NCBI GenBank assembly: GCA_963752595.1
Contig: CAVVYZ010000023.1
Location: 20,961-84,960, forward strand
Source of the DNA: an uncultured delta proteobacterium
GTDB lineage: Bacteria; Desulfobacterota; Desulfomonilia; UBA1062
Direction of reading: 5' to 3'
Length of the DNA: 64,000 nucleotides
In this document: one piece after another, positions 1 to 9,220 of the stretch
Layout: each line of letters opens with the position of its first letter
Position numbering within the stretch: position 1 is the first letter of the stretch
Notes under the pieces: generated by a model
The model's input: only the letters and a program-made list of their open reading frames with translations
What the model was told of the DNA's origin: nothing
The model's database searches: none
Translations under genes and position numbers: made by a program

Positions 1-163
1 TGATACCAGCCCGATCCCTTGAGATGAAAGGACGAGTGGGAGATAAGCCTCTTCACGGGTCCGCCGCATGACGGTGCAGCGTTTCAGCGGGAGAATCGTT
101 GATCTTTTGCATTGTCTCGAATTCATTCCGGCATTTCAAACACTTATATTCATAAATAGGCAT
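1..163 (-). CDS. FmdB-family zinc-ribbon protein (runs off window; one apparent indel)
   Basis: Manual translation from ATG 163: MPIYEYKCLKCRNEFE...C..CGG.VKRLIS..SFHLKGSGWY; not in ORF track. Confidence 0.85.
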
Positions 164-679
164 ATGATGCAGTTTCCTCCGTCATTCACGATGTGTTCGT
201 TATATAGTGGTGCGGCCTCCATCTTGTCAAGGAGAGTCAGCACCTGCTTGAGCCCGGTCACGGGGTTCTTGGTAAGGAAAAGGCGGGTCAGCGTATCCAC
301 GACGAACTCCTCGTCATGGGGGTCACCGTAGAAGTCAGCCTTGCCGGTGGAGAACCGGTGTATGTGCAGCAGTTCGTGGGTCAGGATGAAGGTGATGAGA
401 GAAAGGAGGTCCACCTCCGAATGTCTCTTCACGAAATGGAGGATCTCGGTATCCTGGAGGCACACCCGGTAGCACGGGGCGAGCTTCGTCTTGCCGGTCT
501 CGACGCGCAGCAGTTGTGCAAACACGCCCAGCTTCTTTTCTTCCCTGTCCAAATCCGAGAGGGTCTTGATGTCGTATATGCCCTTCACGCTCCAGTTCAT
601 CTCCTTGTGGATGATGTTTTCCGCAAGGCTCGATCCGTAGCTGCAGCACGTTCCAATGCTCGGACATGAAGTATGCCAT
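136..679 (-). CDS. Hypothetical protein with HExxH (HELLH) zincin-like motif; indel near 5' end
   Basis: MAYFMSEHW start (679) joins ORF 136..735 frame; LTHELLHIHRF followed by downstream HDEEFVVD. Confidence 0.6.
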
Positions 680-740
680 GAAAGTAAAAAAGGCAAGCCT
701 CTCTGCATTCTAGGTGCTCTGCACAAAAAAGGCAAGACCT

Positions 741-1767
741 TCAGATCTCTCTGCCCACGGCATTCGCCACACGCTTTTCAGCCCTTCCATCATGCCCTGA
801 ACTCGGCCGGACGAAGAGACTGGGGTCCGTCGGAAAGGGCCTGCTTCGGGTTTCGGGTGGACCTCGATCATGAGCCCGTCCGCTCCTGCAGCAATGGCGG
901 CATAGGCCATGGGCGCCACATAGCGTGCATGCCCGGTGCCGTGTGAAGGGTCCACGATGACCGGCAGGTGGGTCTTTTCCTTGAGCACGGGAACGGCAGA
1001 GATGTCGAGGGTATTGCGGGTGGCTGTCTCGAAGGTCCGTGATGCCGCGCTCGCAGAGGATCACCTGGCTGTTTCCGCCCGGAGAGGACATATTCCGCCG
1101 ACATGAGGAATTCCTCGATGGTGGTGGACATGACCCCGTTTCAGGAGCACCGGCTTCCTGATCCTGCCCACTTCCTTCAGGAGCTGGAAGTTCTGGATGT
1201 TCCTGGCGCCCACCTGCAGACAGTCCGCGTAGTCGGAGATGACCTCCATGGCTCGCGATGTCCATGATCTCGGTCACGACGGGAAGGCCGTACTGCTCCT
1301 TTGCCATGCCCAGGAGGACGAGCCCGTCCTGTTTCAGGCCCTGGAATGCGTACGGCGATGTCCTGGGCTTGAAGGCGCCTCCGCGGAGCATGTGGGCGCC
1401 GCTGTCCTGTATGGCAGAGGCCACGTCGAGGATCTGTTCCGCGGGATTCCACTGCACAGGGCCCTGCAATGACGAGGAGGCGCTTTCCCCCCACCGTCAC
1501 CCCCATGCCCAAATCAACGATGGTGGGGTCCTCCTGGGTCTCCCGCGAAGCGAGCTTGTACGGGCTCAGGATGGGGATGACCTTTTCCACGCCCGGCTGG
1601 GCTTCCAGACAGGTGAGCTTTTCCTTGCCGCGCTCGTCACCGATGGCCCCGAAGATGACCCGTTCGGTACCTTTACTCTCGTGGACCTTGTAGCCGAAAG
1701 ACTCGATGAGCTGCTTGACATGCTCGATCTGTTCTGCTGTTGCGCTTTTTTTCATGGAAATTATCAC
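741..1767 (-). CDS. aroF: 3-deoxy-7-phosphoheptulonate (DAHP) synthase, type I-beta with N-terminal regulatory domain (frameshifted in assembly)
   Basis: [52 protein letters not shown] across frames; GTG start with AAGGAGG RBS. Confidence 0.93.
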
Positions 1768-1821
1768 ACTGTCCTCCTTTACGGTTTTTTGAAAGGTCGT
1801 GTGTCTCATTCCCAGGGCCAT

Positions 1822-1862
1822 AAAAGAAAAGGCCGTGGGAGGTGAACCACCCACGGCCTTTG
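1822..1862 (-). terminator. Attenuator terminator hairpin upstream of aroF
   Basis: AAGGCCGTGGG-TGGTTCACCT-CCCACGGCCTT followed by TTCTTTT. Confidence 0.85.
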
Positions 1863-1880
1863 TGTTCGCTGTCGAACACA

Positions 1881-1955
1881 TCAGCCCACAGGCGGTTCTT
1901 CCCCGATAAACCCGAAATAAAAACCGTAATAGCGAGTGGCCGATGCTGTTATCAT
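1881..1955 (-). CDS. Tyr/Phe-rich attenuation leader peptide MITASATRYYGFYFGFIGEEPPVG
   Basis: 24-codon ORF with 6 Tyr/Phe codons in 8 positions, lying between a promoter and a terminator upstream of DAHP synthase. Confidence 0.85.
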   Translation of the reverse strand: MITASATRYYGFYFGFIGEEPPVG

Positions 1956-1961
1956 GCAGCA

Positions 1962-1990
1962 AATATGACAGAACTCAGTAAGGAGTGCAA
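1962..1990 (-). promoter_or_regulatory. Sigma70-type promoter for the leader and aroF
   Basis: TTGCAC-17 bp-CATATT with extended -10 TG. Confidence 0.6.
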
Positions 1991-2000
1991 GGAAAAATAA

Positions 2001-3415
2001 CTATTCAATGCTGAAGGTCTCCCTCATCCCTTTATCCCAGTCATCCCACAGGAAGGTGTCTGCTTTTCCGTCGGCAATTGCCCGGAATGCATAGCGCACC
2101 TGCTCTTCATAGAATTCACAAAATGCGCCGGTCTTCTGCATGCAGCCATTCATTTCGTGGGCTTCCGCAGGACAGGGAGAGCCGCAAAAGTGCCGGATTG
2201 CACAACGGCGGCAGGGCTCGATGTCCTCGACCTTTCGATCGGTGACCAACCGGAACGGTTCGGTCTCAAGACGGTCGGAAATGTCATCATCAAACAGATT
2301 GCCGCCCCGGAAGCGGTCCAGACCGATGAACTCGCTGCACGGGAACAAATCGCCATTGGGGGCGAGGGCAAAGAAGCATCTTCCGCCGCCGCAGGGTGAG
2401 ATATCGCACATCAATCGGCGTGCTGTCGGCGCAATAATCGCCATCAGGATATTGGCAAAGTTTCCGACAACCAGTTTCCGGCCCGTCTGCTGATACAGTT
2501 CATGCGGTCCTGTCAAGTGCCTGCAGGAAGTACTTTGCAGCTTCCGGGTCACCCGGTTTCGAGCTCCGGGAAGCCGGAAGGGTGCAGCGCAGGATATTCA
2601 TCAAGCAGGTCGGAACTTCATGTGCGTGAAAGAAATCCGCCAGTTTGGTCAGTTGCCGCATATTCCTGCGGTGATAGTGCAGATGACGCTCCAGTTTTCA
2701 TAGCCCTTGAGGCGTCCCATCGCGGCAACCACCTCTTTGAAAATCCCTGGCCGTCCCAGTTCTGCCGGGTCCGGTCGGCAATCCGGGCGTGGGGGCATCG
2801 AGGGAAAGGCCGATGCTGACATCCGGCTCGTCAGGAATTCAATTGCCGCATCGTCCAGCAGCACTGCGTTGGTCTGGATGCCGAAACGAAAATCGTTTTC
2901 ATATGCCTCGATGCCGGCGAAGACAGCATCGCTGTTCAGGAGCGGCTCGGCTCCGTGAAAGATGATCTGGGGCACAGAACCCTTTCGGGAGTGATTCATG
3001 GAAAATAGTCGTTTGAGTGATTTCGAGTGCCTTCAGCAGCCTATCTTCCGGCATATGTTCACCCTTGCGGCGCATGTCTTCCGGGATATAGCAATAGATG
3101 CAGTTCATGTTGCACCGTTCGGTCGGGTTGAAATAGACTGCTGAGGGGGAGAGCCCGAACCGCAGTGCATTCATCTCCTCGGCAAAGGCCTTGGCCTTCT
3201 GCCTGTAGGTCTTGAGCAGCTCGCCTCCTGACAAGACCCCGGCAAGCTTTTCTTCTTTACCAGGGACCAGAACGCTGTGTCCGGATCGATCACCGCAATA
3301 TATTCAGGATGGCCGATGTCGATGGGTTGAAAAGCGGGCCGTTCCCCGTGTTGATGTAGAGGCCCCGCGAGGGGGCCTTGGAATTCGAGGGTGATTGATT
3401 CTTCCGGACGGTCAT
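2001..3415 (-). CDS. cbpB: Peptide-modifying radical SAM/SPASM enzyme CbpB (frameshifted in assembly)
   Basis: CNMNCIYC radical SAM motif, FHGAEPL, SPASM cysteines CGGG..PC..C..C....C...CP; ATGA overlap with the peptide gene. Confidence 0.85.
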
Positions 3416-3522
3416 TGCTTCTTTTTCTTTTCAATCAGGATGTAATGAGAGAGTCCGGTCCCCACTGTTTTACAGCTTTTTCGGAATGCAATTACGGGTT
3501 TTCCTGCCTCAGTTTTCTTCAT
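3412..3522 (-). CDS. cbpA: Modified-peptide precursor CbpA (36 aa: MKKTEAGKPVIAFRKSCKTVGTGLSHYILIEKKKKQ)
   Basis: IAxRKSCxxxGTGLSHYIL signature; AGGAG RBS; directly upstream of cbpB; not in ORF track. Confidence 0.85.
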   Translation of the reverse strand: MKKTEAGKPVIAFRKSCKTVGTGLSHYILIEKKKKQ

Positions 3523-3545
3523 GGTTTTCTCCTTTCCTGCTTTAT

Positions 3546-3592
3546 AAAAAAAAGGGTTCTGACGGACGAAAAGCATCCGTCAGAACCCTTTT
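3546..3592 (-). terminator. Riboswitch-controlled intrinsic terminator
   Basis: AAAAGGGTTCTGACGGA..TCCGTCAGAACCCTTTTTTTT. Confidence 0.85.
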
Positions 3593-3611
3593 CCATCAGA
3601 TTCCGGTTTCT

Positions 3612-3778
3612 TTCGGTTCCAGCAGGTCTTCTGGCTCTCGGGTCATGGGCGATTTCACTGCCTTCCCGCTGTCAAGAAAAACAGCAGTGACCGGCCGTCA
3701 GCCGTCGTGAATCGCCTCGCCGATTACAGCGGTGGGTCCGCCACGGATTTGCACCGTGTTCCGATGTGCTGAAATCGA
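3612..3778 (-). ncRNA. Cobalamin riboswitch upstream of cbpAB
   Basis: GGAACACGGTGCAAATCCG, CCCACCGCTGTAA, CACTG..GGGAAGG, B12 box AGCCAGAAGACCTGC. Confidence 0.92.
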
Positions 3779-3814
3779 TATTCGCAATTATTAATCCAAG
3801 TTAGGCTCTGTTTG

Positions 3815-4579
3815 TCAAGAAATTAAAGTATGGCGGACATAAGCGATGAGGTCCGTGATGCTCTCAAAGGCATCCTTCCGCAGTGCCTTCGGTCTTTTAA
3901 CCATGACCACCGGGCAATTCTCCAGCCGGGCCGCTTCGAGCTTCTGCGGCACGCCGCCTTCTTTGCCGCTGTCTTTTGTTACGAGCATGCCGATGGAAAA
4001 CCGCCTGATGACAGCCCGGTTCTCTTCCACCGTGAAGGGTCCCCTGGAAGCGATTATCCGCCCGGCAGGGATACCCGCACACCGGCAGGCCTCCACGGAT
4101 TCGGGAAGGGGAAGTACACGCACGATAAGGGGAATGCTTCCTGACCTCGCTTCTCTGACATAGGGAGCAAGGTTTTTCACCCCGATGGTGAGGAGGATCG
4201 GATTGTGAAAGGTACAGGCGGTGCGTGCCGCATCCTCATGATCCGCTGCATAATGGAGTACGCTTTCCGTATCTGCCGTCCCGGGCCTGAGATAGGTAAA
4301 GCAGGGGATACCGGACCGGTCGGCGGCAGCCCTGGCAGCGGATCTGGCCTGGGAAGCATAGGGGTGAACGGCGTCAACGATGAGCCTGACCCCGGACTCT
4401 TCAATGAGAGAGGACAAGCCTTGTTCATCGAGCCTGCCGCAGCGTTTCAGGATGTTGGGGTGATCACCGGTATCGAAGGGAATCCCGGTGGCGGTGGAGA
4501 CGAGCACCCGGTATCCAAATTCCGCCAGACCGAGGGCCAGGGGCTGTGTCTCGCTGGTTCCGCCCAGCAGCAGGATCAC
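3815..4579 (-). CDS. cbiJ: Cobalt-precorrin-6A reductase
   Basis: ILLLGGTSE, DAVHPYA, RGPF, LVTKDSG; GTGA overlap with cbiH. Confidence 0.93.
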   Translation of the reverse strand: MILLLGGTSETQPLALGLAEFGYRVLVSTATGIPFDTGDHPNILKRCGRLDEQGLSSLIEESGVRLIVDAVHPYASQARSAARAAADRSGIPCFTYLRPGTADTESVLHYAADHEDAARTACTFHNPILLTIGVKNLAPYVREARSGSIPLIVRVLPLPESVEACRCAGIPAGRIIASRGPFTVEENRAVIRRFSIGMLVTKDSGKEGGVPQKLEAARLENCPVVMVKRPKALRKDAFESITDLIAYVRHTLIS

Positions 4580-5355
4580 AGCCGGTAGCCCCGCGGGGTG
4601 ACGAACCACCCGTCAAAGATCCTGGAAGACCTGTTGCCGATGATGACCACGCTCCGCATGTTCATCTCTTCTTCCAGAAAATGATCCAGATCGGTGAGGA
4701 CAATGCGTTCACCCTCCCGGCCCACGCCGGTGGCGATGCCGACGGGGGTCGATCCGGGCCGGCATCTGCGCAGTATTTGCGCTGCCTCTTCCATATGCCC
4801 GGTCCGTTTTCTGCTGCGGGGATTGTAGAGGGCAATCACGAGATCGGCCTCGGCAACCGCCTCGATCCGCTTCACGATTGTCTCCCAGGGGACAAGCAGA
4901 TCGCTCAGGCTGATGACGGCATAATCCAGCATGAGCGGTGCGCCGAATCGTGCAGCGGCGGCGTTTGCCGAGGTGATTCCGGGAACGATCTCGATGGACA
5001 GCTTCATGCCGCGGGCCGCCGCCATTTCCAGAGCCAGACCGGCCATTCCGTAAACACCTGAATCTCCCGAGGAAATGAGGGCAACCATGTCCCCGGCCGC
5101 CGCTCGTTCAAGGGCCATGCCGCAACGTTCAATCTCCTGTGTCATGCCCGATGAGATAAGCTCCTTCCCTTCGGTGAGATCGCTGATCAGATCCAGGTAC
5201 GGCGTGTAACCGGCAATCACCCGGCTGGATGCGATGGCCTGCTCTGCACGGCGGGTGCGGTCCAGGGGATCTCCCGGTCCGATCCCGACTACAGAGAGCT
5301 TTCCCGTGCCAGGGCTATGGTCACTCCTTTGTGTATGATCCTTGGCAGTATTAAT
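4576..5355 (-). CDS. cbiH: Cobalt-precorrin-3B C17-methyltransferase (probable AUU start at 5355)
   Basis: GKLSVVGIGPG, SSGDSGVYGMAG, ISLSDLLVPW, LYNPRS, TPRGY; start position is inferred. Confidence 0.92.
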   Translation of the reverse strand: MNTAKDHTQRSDHSPGTGKLSVVGIGPGDPLDRTRRAEQAIASSRVIAGYTPYLDLISDLTEGKELISSGMTQEIERCGMALERAAAGDMVALISSGDSGVYGMAGLALEMAAARGMKLSIEIVPGITSANAAAARFGAPLMLDYAVISLSDLLVPWETIVKRIEAVAEADLVIALYNPRSRKRTGHMEEAAQILRRCRPGSTPVGIATGVGREGERIVLTDLDHFLEEEMNMRSVVIIGNRSSRIFDGWFVTPRGYRL

Positions 5356-6056
5356 CGTGTCCTCCTTCCCGCCAGCAGGGATGCAGGTTCGGCCACGGCC
5401 GGCAGGTTTACTCTTTTCAGTGCTCCGGGGGAATGCTGGAAGCTCCTGAGCGCTTCCCGGATCTCCCGGCCCGGGATGAATCGCAACGGGATGCCCAGCC
5501 CACGGGCAGCTTCAAGCAGCCCCTTTTCTCCGGCCTTGATGTCGGCGCTGGCCAGAAAACGCACCTCGGCAGGATCGACCCGGGCCTCAAGCAACCCGGC
5601 ATGGACGGCTTCCATGATCGCCTGTGCAGAAACCCCTTTGCGGCAGCCGATGCCGACGATGACCGTTTTCAGCGCCTCGGTGGTGGTGGTGATCACGGGT
5701 TCCGCCCCCAGGATATTGGCAATGTCCACGGCAAGGCCGTTTGCCCCCCCTTCATGACCGGACAGGAGGCTGACGGCATGCCTTCCCAGGACATCCACCA
5801 CCACCACGGCAGGATCGGTGTGCTTGTCCGTCACCAGCGGCGCCAGCGCCCTGACCGCGATGCCGCAGGGGCAGATGTATACGAGCTTGCGGTAGGTCTG
5901 GAAGAGGTCCTTTGTCAGCGGTTCGATGCTGTTAAATTTTCTGTATGATGACCCCCTGATTTTTTCATGGAGAAAGATGTCTGCTTCCATCCTGCGGGCA
6001 ATAGCGGCTGCAACCCGATAACCTTCTGCGGAAAGGGTGATGAGGGCGGCCTTCAT
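5289..6056 (-). CDS. cbiG: Cobalt-precorrin-5A hydrolase
   Basis: DPAVVVVD..G..VSLLSGHEGGAN, GIGCRKG, VAEPA. Confidence 0.93.
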   Translation of the reverse strand: MKAALITLSAEGYRVAAAIARRMEADIFLHEKIRGSSYRKFNSIEPLTKDLFQTYRKLVYICPCGIAVRALAPLVTDKHTDPAVVVVDVLGRHAVSLLSGHEGGANGLAVDIANILGAEPVITTTTEALKTVIVGIGCRKGVSAQAIMEAVHAGLLEARVDPAEVRFLASADIKAGEKGLLEAARGLGIPLRFIPGREIREALRSFQHSPGALKRVNLPAVAEPASLLAGRRTRLILPRIIHKGVTIALARESSL

Positions 6057-6811
6057 TCGTCTGATCCTTTCCGGAACCCATGGGAGAATGAAGGGTCATA
6101 GAGCTTCGAGGCGGGTATTGCCCGCTCCAGGGCCCTGCCCACGATGATCACGGCGGTCCTTCCCATGCCCGATGCTGCAACATGTTCAGCAATGTTTTCC
6201 AGAGTGCCGCTGATAATTTTCTCATCCGGCCAGGAGGCATGGTAGACAACTGAAACAGGGCAGTCTTTTCCATAGGAAGGGATGAGGGTCCGGGCAGTAT
6301 CACCGATGGCATGCCCGGACAGGTAAATGCAGAGCGTGGCGTGCGACCGGGCAAGCTTATCGAGTTCCTGTTCTTCCGGCAGGGGCGTGCGTCCTGCAGT
6401 CCTGGTCAGGATGACCGTCTGGGCTATCTCGGGCGCGGTGAGTTCGATCTTAAGGCAGGCTGCTGCGGCCTGGAAGGCGCTGATGCCGGGTACTACCTCG
6501 TACTCGATCCCCAGTGCATCGAGCCCGTTCATCTGCTCCCGGATGGCCCCGTACAGGGAAGGATCGCCCGAATGCAGGCGGATTACGTCGATGTCCCTGT
6601 CCCTGGCCTCGCTGCATACCTGCAGGATCTCATCGAGGGCCATCCCGGCGGAGTCATGCTTTTCCGCATCCGAAGGCACCAGGGCCATGACCTCCGTACT
6701 CACCAGGGATCCGGCATAAATGATTATCCTGCAGTCCTGCAGGATCCCGGCAGCCTTTACGGTGAGGAGTTCCGGATCCCCCGGGCCTGCCCCTACGAAA
6801 AAGACCTTCAT
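6053..6811 (-). CDS. cbiF: Cobalt-precorrin-4 C11-methyltransferase
   Basis: VGAGPGDPELLT, YAGSLV, RLHSGDPSLYG, SKLYD. Confidence 0.95.
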   Translation of the reverse strand: MKVFFVGAGPGDPELLTVKAAGILQDCRIIIYAGSLVSTEVMALVPSDAEKHDSAGMALDEILQVCSEARDRDIDVIRLHSGDPSLYGAIREQMNGLDALGIEYEVVPGISAFQAAAACLKIELTAPEIAQTVILTRTAGRTPLPEEQELDKLARSHATLCIYLSGHAIGDTARTLIPSYGKDCPVSVVYHASWPDEKIISGTLENIAEHVAASGMGRTAVIIVGRALERAIPASKLYDPSFSHGFRKGSDE

Positions 6812-7536
6812 GGGATTTCCTCCTCAAGTGCGCGGACAAGGATAATGGAAAGATACCCGGTTTCCGGTGCTTCATCTTTCAGGACACGCAGATCCGTTTC
6901 CACCCGCTCGTTTTCCATGCCTGCCCGGGAGATGAAGACACTGTGCTCCATCCTCCCGCAGTCCTCCAGGAGATCGAGGACGGCGTTCAGCCGTGCCCCG
7001 ATCTTCATGAGCACCACAGTCCCCGGTTGCTGCAGGGACGTCCTGATCTGTTCGAGATTGTCGTCCACAGGGATGATCGTCACCGGCCGCTTTCCTTCCC
7101 CGACAGGGAATCCTGTCAGGGCCGAGGCTGCGCTGAAGGATGTGACCCCCGGCACGATCACGATCTTGACCCCGGGTATCAGTTTCCGCAATTCCCGCAT
7201 GAGATAGATGCCTGTGGAGTACAGGCAGGGATCGCCCAGGGTGATGAAGCAGGCGTCCTCTCCCCGGGCAAGCACTTCTGCAACAGCCGAGGCGTTTTCC
7301 CGCCATCTGTTCGAAAGCTCTTCCCTGCGGGAGGTCATGGGAAAAACAAGATCGTGGATCTCGACCTCGCTGCCCATGGACCCGCCTGCTATGGAAAGGG
7401 CTGTACTTTCCTGTGCGGTCCGAGCCTTTGGTACAAACACATGCCGGCATCGGGAAAGAATCTTTGCAGCTTTGACCGTGAGCAGCTCGGGATCGCCGGG
7501 ACCGATGCCCAGAGAAAAAAGTGTTCCGGTATTCAT
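6808..7536 (-). CDS. cbiL: Cobalt-precorrin-2 C20-methyltransferase
   Basis: GIGPGDPELLTVKA, FPM, TLGDP.LYST, VLMKI, YLS. Confidence 0.93.
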   Translation of the reverse strand: MNTGTLFSLGIGPGDPELLTVKAAKILSRCRHVFVPKARTAQESTALSIAGGSMGSEVEIHDLVFPMTSRREELSNRWRENASAVAEVLARGEDACFITLGDPCLYSTGIYLMRELRKLIPGVKIVIVPGVTSFSAASALTGFPVGEGKRPVTIIPVDDNLEQIRTSLQQPGTVVLMKIGARLNAVLDLLEDCGRMEHSVFISRAGMENERVETDLRVLKDEAPETGYLSIILVRALEEEIP

Positions 7537-8165
7537 GGGTTGTTTTCCTTTATCAAGATCAGGATACTCAGGGGAGATATTCTTTCCGGTAAAAGGCCGT
7601 CATGTATTTCCGTGATCTTCTCTTCCGGAAGCGTCAGGTTCTCGCACAGGTAAATACGATACTCATACCCCATGGCCTGCATCAATCGATCGATCCAGGA
7701 GGTGACCCGCCCGGTGAGAACTGCTATTTTTTCAATACCTTCCAGTTCTTCGGGAGAAACATCGGGTTCATCCCCGTGTGCATCGAGAATGGCAAGGTCC
7801 TGCCAGTCCAGGCCCAGCCTGGCGCAGGCTACCTGCAGGGAGCTGATGCCCGGTATGACCCGGCAATGCTCCAGACCGAAACGACGGATGACCGGAGCTG
7901 CAAGGCTCATGAGCCCCGGATCTCCGGTGGTGAGGACTGCCACGCGCCTGGTTCTTCTCAGTTCGGCTATCCGGTCCAGGACACCATGGATATCGGCGGT
8001 GACCGGGATACGCTCGGCCGGGCTTTCCGGGAACAGGTCCAGCAGACGCACGGCACCCACCAGCACCTGGGCCTGGCCGGCCGCCTGTCTGGCCAGTGGG
8101 GTTATGTAATCCGGCCCGCCGGGCCCGCAGCCGATGATGACAATGGGATTATGTTTTTCTGTCAT
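7533..8165 (-). CDS. cbiE: Cobalt-precorrin-7 C5-methyltransferase
   Basis: IIGCGPGGPDYIT, TGDP, PGISSLQ, CENLT. Confidence 0.9.
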   Translation of the reverse strand: MTEKHNPIVIIGCGPGGPDYITPLARQAAGQAQVLVGAVRLLDLFPESPAERIPVTADIHGVLDRIAELRRTRRVAVLTTGDPGLMSLAAPVIRRFGLEHCRVIPGISSLQVACARLGLDWQDLAILDAHGDEPDVSPEELEGIEKIAVLTGRVTSWIDRLMQAMGYEYRIYLCENLTLPEEKITEIHDGLLPERISPLSILILIKENNP

Positions 8166-9220
8166 GGCTTCTCCCAGGGGGCAAGGTCTCCTGCAGACCC
8201 CAGCCGGTTGCCCTTCATGTCCACCAGCACCACGGATGCGGGAATCGATGTGTTCAGCCGCGAAAGGATCGATGCCCGGATAGCCCTGGCCAGGGCATTG
8301 CCGAGGGGTTCTTTTTCCCGGTTATTCAGGAGCGAGAAAAGTCCTTCCACCGTGGGGACTTCAGGCAGGCTCTGCCCGAAGAGGTCCTTTGCCAGGTTCA
8401 CAACAGAGGGAAGGGCGCTCGCCGATCGGGATGAGTGGGTGTCGAAGCACCCCCGGGCGAGCTTGGCCAGCTTGCCCGGATGGCCGAGGACCAGGACCGC
8501 CGAGGGCCGGTAATCCGGAATACGGTCCAGGGCAAAGCCCCATTCGTTGCTCACCTCGATGACCTGTTCCGGCTTCAGGGAAAAATGCCCGCGGGCGGCC
8601 TTTTCCCCGATATGCCCGGGCACCAGGACCGGCCGGTCGACCCCGCCGGCATGTGCGATATCCATGCAGCAGAGGATGGTCTGCCGGATGGCCGAGCAGG
8701 AAAACGGGCGGACACGGCCGGTGGTCCCCAGGATAGACAGTCCGCCGACGATGCCGAGCCGGGGGTTGAAGGTACGGGCAGCCAGCTCGCTGCCGCCCGG
8801 GATGCTGATGGTGATGTCTACCCCCCTGCCGGTCAGCTCCTGTACGGCAGACCGGATCATGGCTGCCGGTACCGGGTTGATGGCAGGTTCACCGGGCTTC
8901 ACCTGCAATCCCGGCCTGGTGACCGTGCCGATGCCTTCGCCCGCCTTCAGGACGATGCGATCAACGCCGTTCCAGCAGACTTCTGCTCTGACAGGGACCC
9001 CGTTGGTGATATCGGGATCGTCTCCGGCATCCTTCAGAACGGATGCTTCGGCCGAAGGTCCGTTGCTCCGGGCTGAAGCGACCGGTATGCGCGTGCATGC
9101 CCCATCCGGCAGGGTAACATCCACCGTACCGGGCACGGGTTCACCCAGGAGCAGCATCACGGCCGCCTTGGCTGCAGCGGATGCGCAGGTGCCGGTGGTA
9201 TAGCCGTGCCGGAGCGTCAT
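8162..9220 (-). CDS. cbiD: Cobalt-precorrin-5B C1-methyltransferase
   Basis: LRHGYTTGTCA, KDAGDDPDIT, TFNPRLGIVGGLSILGTTG. Confidence 0.96.
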   Translation of the reverse strand: MTLRHGYTTGTCASAAAKAAVMLLLGEPVPGTVDVTLPDGACTRIPVASARSNGPSAEASVLKDAGDDPDITNGVPVRAEVCWNGVDRIVLKAGEGIGTVTRPGLQVKPGEPAINPVPAAMIRSAVQELTGRGVDITISIPGGSELAARTFNPRLGIVGGLSILGTTGRVRPFSCSAIRQTILCCMDIAHAGGVDRPVLVPGHIGEKAARGHFSLKPEQVIEVSNEWGFALDRIPDYRPSAVLVLGHPGKLAKLARGCFDTHSSRSASALPSVVNLAKDLFGQSLPEVPTVEGLFSLLNNREKEPLGNALARAIRASILSRLNTSIPASVVLVDMKGNRLGSAGDLAPWEKP

